A DNA stretch of 64,000 nt from Macrostomum lignano (lineage: Eukaryota): the NCBI GenBank assembly GCA_002269645.1, contig NIVC01002721.1:1-64000 (forward strand), read 5' to 3'. The position numbers were made by a program, and so were the translations under genes. Under the pieces are notes generated by a model. It was not told where the DNA came from and searched no databases. It was given only the letters and a program-made list of their open reading frames with translations. Positions 54,401 to 64,000 of the stretch are shown here, one piece after another (position 1 is the stretch's first letter; each line of letters starts with the position of its first letter).

Positions 54401-57400
54401 GGTGTGACACTGGGTGTGACATTGGATGTGGCACTGAGTGTGACACTTGGTGTGACACAGAGTGTGACACTTTATGCGACACTAAATGTGACAATGGGTG
54501 TGACACTTTATGTGACACTAGGTGTGACACTTTATGTGACACTGGGTGTGACACTTTATGTGACACTTTATGTGACACTTTATGTGACATTGGGTGTGAC
54601 ACTGGGTGTGACACTTTATGTGACACTGGGTGTGACACTTTATGTGACAGTGGGTGTGACACTTTATGTGACAGTGGGTGTGACAATGCTTGTGACACTG
54701 TATGTGACACTAGGTGTGACACTTTATGTGACACTGGGTGTGACACATTATGTGACACTGGGTGTGACACTTTATGTGACACTGGGTGTGACACTGGGTG
54801 TGACACTTTATGTGACACTTTATGTGACACTGGGTGTGACACTTTATGTGACAGTGGGTGTGACAGTGGGTGTGACACTGGGTGTGACACTTTATGTGAC
54901 AGTGGGTGTGACACTGGGTGTGACACTTTATGTGACACTTTATGTGACAGTGGGTGTGACATTGGGTGTGACACTTTATGTGACACTGGGTGTGACACTT
55001 TATGTGACAGTGGGTGTGACACTTTATGTGACACTGGGTGTGACACTTTATGTGACAGTGGGTGTGACACTGGGTGTGACACTTTATGTGACACTGGGTG
55101 TGACACTTTATGTGACACTTTATGTGACAGTGGGTGTGACACTGGGTGTGACACTTTATGTGACACTGGGTGTGACACTTTATGTGACAGTGGGTGTGAC
55201 AGTGGGTGTGACACTTTATGTGACACTGGGTGTGACACTAAATGTGACACTGGGTGTGACACTAAATGTGACACTGGGTGTGACACTAAATGTGACACTG
55301 GGTGTGACACTAAATGTGACACTGGGTGTGACACTAAATGTGACACTGGGTGTGACACTTTATGTGACACTGGGTGTGACACATTTTGTGACAGTGGGTG
55401 TGACACATTATGTGACAGTGGGTGTGACACATTATGTGACACTGGGTGTGACACTTTATGTGACACTGGGTGTGACACTTTGTGACACTGGGTGTGACAC
55501 TTTATGTGACAGTGGGTGTGACACTTTGTGACACTGGGTGTGACAGTGGGTGTGAAACTTTATGTGACACTGGGTGTGACACTTTATGTGACACTGGGTG
55601 TGACACTTTATGTGACACTATATGTGACAATGCGTGTGACAATTTATGTGACAATGCGTGTGAAACTTTATGTGACACTGGGTGTGACACTTTATGTGAC
55701 ACTGGGTGTGACACATTTTGTGACACTACAAGCGTAACAGTTAATGTTAAGGGCTACGAAAAAGCAGACAACGTCCCTAATATCTTACTTGTCAGTAGGC
55801 AGTAGAGCATTTGCCTTCTCATTAATCATGCTATCCACAAAGGAGGCAAACTCCGCTGCATTGCCGGTCAACCGGTACAACAGGAACAGTTCATCGCGTT
55901 TAAAATAATACAAATGATTTAGCAGAAAATTCTTAATGTCCGACTTGTGACTATTAAAATTTCTGAAAATAAATATAGGTCGTATGTATATATTTATCAC
56001 AAAAAACTACAGTCAAAGGACTCGTTAAGTCTTACTTAATCAGTAGTAGCATAGTCTCCATAGAGGCCAAGGCGGATGGCGACCTGCCCAGACTTGACAG
56101 CAATGATTTACAGCTGGCGTCCACCAGTTTCGGCAGTTCAGAGCTCTCGCATTGCCACAGTTTGTCTGCGGTTTAACAGCGAAATAAGCTACGTTACACA
56201 CTACTTTTAGTAAACAAAAAATTTGGTTCAAGATTACTATAAAACGCTATTTAGACTACTTCTAACGAATTCGAGCATATTTCTAGCGGGATTTTAGCCT
56301 AGTGGTTAGAGCGTCGGTCTCACGACGGAAAGGTCGGGGGTTCGATTCTTAATTCATTCGGAACAATTGTTTGTCCTTGAGCACTTAACTGAGCATTGCT
56401 TCAGTTCATCCAGCTGTAAAATGGGTACCAGCATTAGCTGGGGTAATTGAGGTTGCAATTGTTTAAAGAATAAAAAATGCTTCTAACACTACTTCAAGTA
56501 GCAAATATTCTACTTGAAATTTTCGGAAAAAATCCTTTTTACACTACTTGCAAGTAGACAGTCAAGGATAATATTATCAAATAGCAGTTTAATCGGTAGG
56601 AAAAGTCAGATTTACTCACTCCAACAGAAACTGAGCACTTGAACAGTATCAGAAGCTTCCAGACTCAATGCTTCATCTGCTCCGCAAGCCAACCGACGAA
56701 CTGTAGCCCAATCAACTTGTTGAACAAATCCGTCAGTTTCCAGATCCAGATTAGACATCAGTTCAGACTGAGGCTTGGCCGTTATAATGACAACTTTCAA
56801 CAGTTCATCAATCGGTGAAGATGCTGCATTGCTGTCAATCTGACAGGCTCTGACAGGTCTGACTGTCAACCAATCAGCGTCAGTCTGCACTGATTTATCC
56901 CTAGCCGAGCCAACAGCATCGGCAACAGAAGAACCCGACAATATCGAGGCCGATGACTTATCGACAGTCAGTCTCAGAGCGACAATCCAGCCTAACAGGC
57001 AGCTTAATTCCGATTTCAATTTTTCCGCTATTGGAAACGATCTTGTTGACATTGGCAACCAGGCTGTTTGAGTCTGGGCAGTGCTAACAGGTGCACTACT
57101 ACTACTAGCAGTAGTTTGACAGAATGCGCCGTTAGTAGCCAGATAACTCAGACGCTTTCTAGATAACTCAGCCAACAGATTAGCTAAATCCAACAAGCGA
57201 TTAACGCAGTCCACAGGTGCCGCCTCGGCGCTTACAAGTCTCTGATGAAGCGTCAGGGATTCTGCTTCCAGCTTAACCAGGTCGGCCGGCTCCAGGCCGG
57301 CAAACTGGTCAGCGCCGGTCAGTTCCGACGGCGAGCCGGGCCTGCCAGCCAGAGCCCGCTTCTTCAATGACTGCGCCTTGCCGCGGAAGCCGCCGAAATT

Positions 57401-60400
57401 GATCGGCACCCGGAAGTCGGTCATGATCATGCCGGCCGAGACGGCGGTGACGTCGGTGCCAACGAGCTCGTCGCTAGGCGGTATGCCCGCAGCTGTAGCG
57501 GCATCGTCAGGCTTTGGCCAGTTGATGTACTGGATTAGGCGGCCAACCCCGGCTGATGCGGCAGCCAGCTTCTCAGAGACAGCAACCGCGGCGGTGGCGT
57601 GGGCGGGCGCAGCGGCGGCGGGCAGCGCACTGGCGAGAGAGAGAAGGCACAGATATGTAACTGCAGCATATATATAGAACATCTAAATAGAAATTAAGGC
57701 ATATTATTTATAGTTGCCTATGTTTCTACTGCAAGTAGGCCAATGAGAGAACGCATTGGATGAACAACTTTGCAAAATTGGTAGTAGCATCCTAAAAGTG
57801 GAAATATCCCGAAACTGGAAATATCCCCACAATTGGAAATATCTCCACAACTGGAAAATCCCACAACTGGAAAATCCCAAAACTGGAAATACCCCCAAAC
57901 TGGAAATATCCAAAAAACTGGAAATATCCCAAAACTGAAAATATCCCCAAACTGGAAGTATCCCTACAGCTGGAAATATCCCACAACTAGAAATATCCCC
58001 AAAACTGGAAATATACCTAAAACTGGAAATATCCGCAAAACTGGAAATATCCCTGAAAACTGGAAATATCTCCAAAACTGGAAATATCCCCAAACTGGAA
58101 ATATCGTTAATAGGATAAAATATCCATACAAAAAGCCTAAGCGGAGAATTTCCCTCCCTCGCCGGTCACTACCTATCGCTAGCCGACGCGCGCAGGCTGT
58201 TGGACGCGGCGGCACCAACAGCATAGATACCAGAGTCCGTACGTCTGATTCTACACGATTCATCAGCCGCAACGGAAGTTGCCCTGCGATACTCTTCACT
58301 TTCCAGCAACCAGCCGAATCCCGAATCCACATCAATGCCCGCAGCTGAGCAGCATCGACTCAGACAGTCGGTTGTCAACGTCAACAATAGCTTTTGATCG
58401 CCTAGCAACCGATCTCTGGGCTGATCAAGCAGCCACTTGGTCAGGCCTTCGGGATACGCGCCGCTGAGTGTTGATACAACACTGGCTGGATTAGGGCAGA
58501 CTCGGATTAGCACCAGGTGGCGATCGTTTATTAATAGGGCCAGGTGCGCTGCAGCTGCTGAGCTTGATGTAGCGGCTTGGCAACTGCTTCTGGTGACCGC
58601 GATGCTGCTGATGCCTGAGGGAGGTAATTATACAATATTAATGATAGTCTTTTTTATAGTTTTAAAAGAGGTTATTACACGTTGAGAAGAGTCTTTCAGT
58701 GGACAGCGATACAACATGGAACCCCTGAGTTCTTTGAGCACCCTTCAACCCCAGATCCCTTCAAACCTTCAACCCCAGATTCCTTCAAACCTTCATCTTA
58801 GATTCCTTCAAACCTTTAACTCCAGATCCCTTCAAACCTTCATCTTAGATCCCTTCAAACCTTCAACCCCAGATCCCTTCAAACCTTCAACCCCAGATCC
58901 CTTCAAACCTTCAACCCCAGATCCCTTCAAACCTTCAACCCCAGATCCCTTCAAACCTTCAACCCCAGATCCCTTCAAACCTTTAACTCCAGATCCATTC
59001 AACCCTTCAATCTTAGAGCCCTTCAAACCAGATTTTTTTAACCCAGATCCGTTCACCCCGTGAACCTTTCACCTCTTCAAACCTTCACCCCTTCACCCCT
59101 TCAACCCTTCAACCCTTCAAACCTTCACCCCTTCAACCCTTCACCCCTTCACCCCTTCAACCCTTCAAACCTTCACCTCTTCAGACCTTCACCCCTTCAA
59201 CCCTTCAACCCTTCACCCCTTCAACCCTTCACCTCTTCAACCCTTCACCCCTTCACCCCTTCACCCCTTCAACCCTTCACCCCTTCAACCCTTCACCCTT
59301 TCAACCCTTCACCTCTTCAACCCTTCACCCTTTCACCCCGCAACTCACAGGAACAGCCGGCCAGCCAGCAGACCACCTGAGGTCCGGCTGCCGTGTCAAA
59401 GAAAATTACATCGTGCAACTCGGTGACCACAATCAGCAGGTTGGGCCCGGCTTGAACCAGCTGACGATAGGTGCCGTTGCACTGAGCGTTGGCTACGCAA
59501 GATGACGAATGGAGGCTGTGAGAGCCGGGGTTTATTCTGTGGGCAGCGGGTATGAGTGTGGCATTTCAAGTGACCAGTATGCTTCAAAGAGATAATGATC
59601 TAAGGCTACTAGTCAATATCAACTGATCGGGGTCAAACTCGCGATTTCGTTATTTTTTCATCGCCTGACAAAGAGTCTTGGAGACCATATTTGAGGGTCA
59701 TAGCTAATTTACTTAGGTGTCATAGAAGTCATACTCGAGGGTCATAGCAACTCTTAGGGGTCATAGGAGTCATATTTGAGGGTCATGAGTTATACTTAAG
59801 TGTCATAACTACGAGCTAATTTAATTAGGAGTCATACTCGAAGGTCATATTAACTTAGGGGTTATAGGAGTCATACTTAAGGTTGATAGAAACTTACGGT
59901 CATAAGAGTCATATTTGAGGGTCATGAGTCATAGTTAAGTGTCACAATTACGAGTAATTTACTTAGGAATCAAAGGAGTCATACTCGAGGGTCATATGAG
60001 TCATATTTGAGGGTCATGAGTCATAGGAGTCATGCTCGAGGTTCATTAAAACTTAGGGGTCATGTGAGTCATACCTGAAGGTCATAGCAAATAAGGAGTC
60101 ATAGGAGTCAGATTTGAGGGTCATGAGTCATACTTAAGTGTCACAACTAATTTACTTAGGAATCATAGGAGTCAATCTCGAGAGTCATAGCAACTTAGGG
60201 GTCATAGGAGTTATATTTTAGGGTCATGGGTCGTACTTAGGGTCATAGCTAATTTACTCATGGGTCTTGAGTCATAGGAGTCATGCTCGTGTGTCATAGC
60301 AACGTGGGGGTCATAGGAGTCATACCTGAAGGTTATAGCAAACAGGATTGCTGATACCTGAAGGCCATGCTACTCAAAAGTCAGGGTTTTTATTTATTAG

Positions 60401-63400
60401 GGTCATAGCCAATAAGAGTCGTACTCAATGGTCATAGCTACCTAACTATACTCATAGCTGCTAAGAAAACTTATGCAAGCAAGTCTTACAAAATGTCACT
60501 CAAGGCCAGCCTCTCAGCTGCATCGGCCAGCCTGCTGCTAAACACAAACGTGTTAAGAACTCGTTTTGAATCGGTGCGCAGCAGCCACATCCGGTGCTTG
60601 GGCCGGGCGGCGTAGACTTTAGCCGCCACCGCCGCCGCCGCCGGAGCCGGGCTGGTCTCGGCGAACAGGCAGGCCCCAAACGGGCCGTTTCTTGGTTTGT
60701 CCGAGCCGAGTTGAAAAAATGTCCGACTGTCTGCGTTGCACAGCACCGCCCGGCACCTGGTGGAGACCAACAGCAGGTGCTGCTGACTGCCCCAGTCTGA
60801 GTCCAGCTGCACTATGGGACCCTCCTGCGGCAGCGTCAGCACCTGCTCGCATGTGGCGTCCAGCGCGAACAGCTCCCGGGGCTGGGCGCGGGTTCCGGCA
60901 CGGGCGGGTGTTGCAACTTTTTTTAATACTTCATTCTCGATTTTGTCTCACAGCTACTCAACATTCAGATGGGCATGGCTGCCAACCTCCCCATCTCCCC
61001 CTCATGACCCCTCCTCTCACTCTCCTCATTCCCACTTTCCTTCTCAACCCCGCTCTCAATCTCCCTCAATCTCTCAATCTCCCTCAATCTCCCTCAATCT
61101 CCCCACAATCTCCCTCAATCTCTCTCAATCTCCCTCAATCTCTCTCAATCTCTCTCAATCTCCCTCAATCTCTCTCAATCTCCCTCAATCTCTCTCAATC
61201 TCCCTCAATCTCCCTCAATCTCTCTCAATCTCCCTCAATCTCTCTCAATCTCCCTCAATCTCTCTCAATCTCTCTCAATCTCCCTCAATCTCTCTCAATC
61301 TCCCTCAATCTCCCTCAATCTCTCTCAATCTCTCTCAATCTCCCTCAATCTCCCCACAATCTCCCTCAATCTCTCTCAATCTCTCTCAATCTCCCTCAAT
61401 CTCTCTCAATCTCTCTCAATCTCCCTCAATCTCTCTCAATCTCTCTCAATCTCCCTCAATCTCCCCACAATCTCCCTCAATCTCTCTCAATCTCCCTCAA
61501 TCTCCCTCAATCTCCCCACAATCTCCCTCAATCTCTCTCAATCTCCCTCAATCTCCCCACAATCTCCCTCAATCTCTCTCAATCTCCCTCAATCTCCCTC
61601 AATCTCTCTCAATCTCTCTCAATCTCCCTCAATCTCTCTCAATCTCCCTCAATCTCCCCACAATCTCCCTCAATCTCTCTCAATCTCCCTCAATCTCTCT
61701 CAATCTCCCTCAATCTCTCTCAATCTCCCTCAATCTCTCTCAATCTCTCTCAATCTCCCTCAATCTCTCTCAATCTCCCTCAATCTCCCCACAATCTCTC
61801 TCAATCTCCCTCAATCTCTCTCAATCTCTCTCAATCTCCCTCAATCTCTCTCAATCTCCCTCAATCTCCCTCAATCTCTCTCAATCTCCCTCAATCTCTC
61901 TCAATCTCCCTCAATCTCTCTCAATCTCCCTCAATCTCCCCACAATCTCCCTCAATCTCTCTCAATCTCCCTCAATCGCTCCCAATCTCTCTCAATCTCC
62001 CTCAATCTCCCCACAATCTCCCTCAATCTCTCTCAATCTCCCTCAATCTCCCTCAATCTCTCTCAATCTCCCTCAATCTCTCTCAATCTCTCTCAATCTC
62101 CCTCAATCTCTCTCAATCTCCCTCAATCTCCCCACAATCTCCCTCAATCTCTCTCAATCTCCCTCAATCTCCCTCAATCTCTCTCAATCTCCCTCAATCT
62201 CTCTCAATCTCCCTCAATCTCTCTCAATCTCTCTCAATCTCCCTCAATCTCTCTCAATCTCCCTCAATCTCTCTCAATCTCCCTCAATCTCTCTCAATCT
62301 CCCTCAATCTCTCTCAATCTCCCTCAATCTCCTTCAATCTCCCCTCAATCTCTCTCAATCTCCCTACAATCTCCCTCAATCTCTCTCAATCTCCCTCAAT
62401 CTCTCTCAATCTCCCCTCAATCTCCCCTAAACCTCTATCAATCTCACCCTCAATCCCCCCAAATCTCTCTCAATCTCTCTCAATCTCCCTCAATCTCCCT
62501 CAATCTCCCCTCAATCTCTTTCAATCTCCCTCAATCTCCCTCAATCTCCCTCAATCTCCCTCAATCTCTCTCAATCTCCCCTCAATCTCCCTCAATCTCC
62601 CTCAATCTCCCCTCAATCTCTCTCAATCTCTCTCAATCTCTCTCAATCTCCCTCAATCTCCCTCAATCTCCCTCAATCTCCCTCAATCTCCCCTCAATCT
62701 CTCTCAATCTCCCTCAATCTCCCTCAATCTCCCTCAATCTACCCTAATTCTCTCTCAATCTCCTTCAATCTCCCTCAATCTCCCCTCAATCTCTTTCAAT
62801 CTCCCTAAATCTCCCTCAATCTCTCTCAATCTCCCTCAATCTCCCTCAATCTCTCTCAATCTCCCTCAATCTCCTTCAATCTCCCCTCAATCTCTCTCAA
62901 TCTCTCTCAATCTCCCTCAATCTCCCTCAATCTCTCTCAATCTCTCTCATTCTCTCTCAATCTCCTTCAATCTCCCTCAATCTCCCCTCAATCTCTTTCA
63001 ATCTCCCTCAATCTCCCCTCAATCTCTCTCAATCTCCTTCAATCTCCCTCAATCTCCCTCAATCTCCCCTCAATCTCTCTCAATCTCCTTCAATCTCCCT
63101 CAATCTCCCTCAATCTCTCTCAATCTCCCTCAATCTCCCTCAATCTCTCTCAATCTCCCTCAATCTCTCTCAATCTCTCTCAATCCCCCTCAATCTCTCT
63201 CAATCTCCCTCAATCTCCCCTCAATCTCTCTCAATCTCCTTCAATCTCCCTCAATCTCCCCTCAATCTCTCTCAATCTCCCTCAATATCCCTCAATCTCT
63301 CTCAATCTCCCTCAATCTCTCTCAATCTCCCCTCAATCTCCCCTAAACCTCTATCAATCTCACCCTCAATCCCCCCTAATTTCTTTAAATCTCTCTAAAT

Positions 63401-63829
63401 CTCCCCCAATCTCTCTTTAATCTCCCACTGAATTCCCGCAACCCCAGCAGCACCCCCTACCGAGTCGGCCATAGAAGTAGACGACACCATTCCATCGGAG
63501 TCGCCAGAGAACAGACAGCCGGCAGTCCAGGCCATACAGGTGATTTCTCTACCGGCGTGCATCCGATTAATCCTGACCCGATCTGCCCAGCACCTGCGCT
63601 GGGTGCTGTGCAATTCGTACACCTCAACGTGGCCGTTGCTAAGGGCGCAGGCTAGATAGCGATCGTTAGGAGACAGAGCCAACAGGCGGGCCACGCCGTT
63701 ATTATTGAGACTGAAGTGCAGTCGCAGCTGCAGACTGGCGGAACCAAACGGGGAGGTGAGAATTCGAACTACTCCGGAATTTGAGCACAGGGCCAGCGAG
63801 CCGCCGCTGGTCAGAGATATCGCTGTGGT
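51457..63829 (-). CDS. HPS5: HPS5 (BLOC-2)-like protein, 5'-truncated by the window end. Exons 63829-63443, 60881-60490, 59536-59349, 58614-58173, 57629-56620, 56165-56036, 55962-55789, 54339-54169, 54027-53911, 53167-53061, 52016-51457
   Basis: HPS5/TECPR2-type propeller: YLACALSNGHVEVYEL...HAGREITCMAW...LFSGDSDGMV, IVQLD...LLVST...LC...FFQLG..PRNGPFGAC...VYAARP..RMW. All ten junctions are phase-compatible. C-terminal CAWC...CGHVFHGGC...CSVC RING-H2, and no TECPR repeats seen. Confidence 0.8.
52140..52695. repeat. 15-bp minisatellite (CAGTGACAT[T/C]TCA[A/T/G]T), ~37 copies
   Basis: Seen directly. Confidence 0.96.
53219..53855. mobile_element. hAT/Charlie-like MITE containing an expanded GA-rich microsatellite
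   Basis: The right end AGTTTGCCGACCCCTG and degenerate left end CGGGGCTCAGCAAACT are inverted. Flanks TTTTAAGT / CTCTAAGT form an 8-bp imperfect TSD. Confidence 0.65.
53285..53760. repeat. (GAGAG/AGGAG)n purine microsatellite
   Basis: Seen directly. Confidence 0.96.
54375..55735. repeat. 12-bp minisatellite (GTGACACTGGGT / GTGACACTTTAT), ~110 units
   Basis: Seen directly. Confidence 0.97.
56287..56445 (+). mobile_element. tRNA-derived SINE 5' portion with a CORE-like central block
   Basis: A-box TAGCCTAGTGG and B-box GGTTCGATTC, then GTCCTTGAGCACTTAAC...CAGCTGTAAAATGGGTACC, resembling CORE-type SINE domains. No tail or TSD seen. Confidence 0.65.
57790..58105. repeat. ~19-20-bp minisatellite (AAACTGGAAATATCCCC)
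   Basis: About 15 imperfect copies. Confidence 0.92.
58720..59340. repeat. 24-bp (CCCTTCAAACCTTCAACCCCAGAT) array grading into an 8-bp CCTTCA(A/C)C array
   Basis: Seen directly. Confidence 0.93.
59690..60460. repeat. Degenerate GGGTCATA(G)GAGTCATA repeat array
   Basis: Dozens of GTCATA cores at irregular spacing. Confidence 0.82.
61050..63425. repeat. 10-bp minisatellite CTCAATCTC(C/T), ~235 units
   Basis: Seen directly. Explains the 884- and 538-aa spurious ORFs. Confidence 0.98.
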
Positions 63830-64000
63830 CTGCGGAGGGTGGAGTGCCGCGTTCTGTCAGACACATCGCTGTTGCGAGGTCAGTAAAGCGAGTAAAAAAA
63901 AGGAAGAAAAATGGAGACAAGGGAGAGGAAGACAGTCGTGGGGGAGACAAAGGTGAGGGAGACGGATGAGAGGGAGACAGGGGTGAGGGAGACAGGGTGA

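Noticed and set aside
54347-55805. Long VTLGVTLY/SHPVSHK ORFs; likewise 8611-9174, 27453-27903, 36488-37023, 39618-40314, 41905-42495, 45800-46105, 52140-52715, 53238-53807
   Set aside because: All lie wholly within tandem arrays in introns or intergenic DNA.
60692-63346. 884- and 538-aa ORFs (SLNLPQS repeats)
   Set aside because: Antisense read-through of the 10-bp intronic array of the HPS5-like gene.

Overview
Eukaryotic (metazoan) genomic window with spliceosomal GT-AG genes. It contains no prokaryotic features. By hand I reconstructed four spliced genes and one intronless ORF: (1) an F-box protein (minus strand, ~546-4283); (2) a 20-exon SBF2/MTMR13-type DENN-GRAM-pseudophosphatase-PH gene (minus, 6171-33668); (3) an intronless 231-aa ORF with a possible Rdx/SelW-MIEN1-like fold lacking CxxC (minus, 35479-36174); (4) a melatonin-receptor-like class A GPCR (plus, 38393 to ~43082); (5) an HPS5-like beta-propeller protein with a C-terminal RING-H2 (minus, 51457 to >63829, 5' end outside the window). 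Mobile DNA comprises a non-autonomous hAT element with perfect 8-bp TSDs, two hAT-type MITEs, two tRNA-derived SINEs and a decayed LINE RT fragment. The dominant feature is that almost every intron longer than ~200 bp holds a tandem array, nearly always with its own private 10-68 bp unit, usually bracketed by short unique caps that carry the splice signals. Several units contain canonical transcription-factor motifs. Most long ORFs in the supplied track are artefacts of these arrays. The architecture suggests a Macrostomum-like free-living flatworm, but that is inference only. All exon coordinates were read by eye from splice signals, phase compatibility and remembered homology, and need RNA-seq confirmation.
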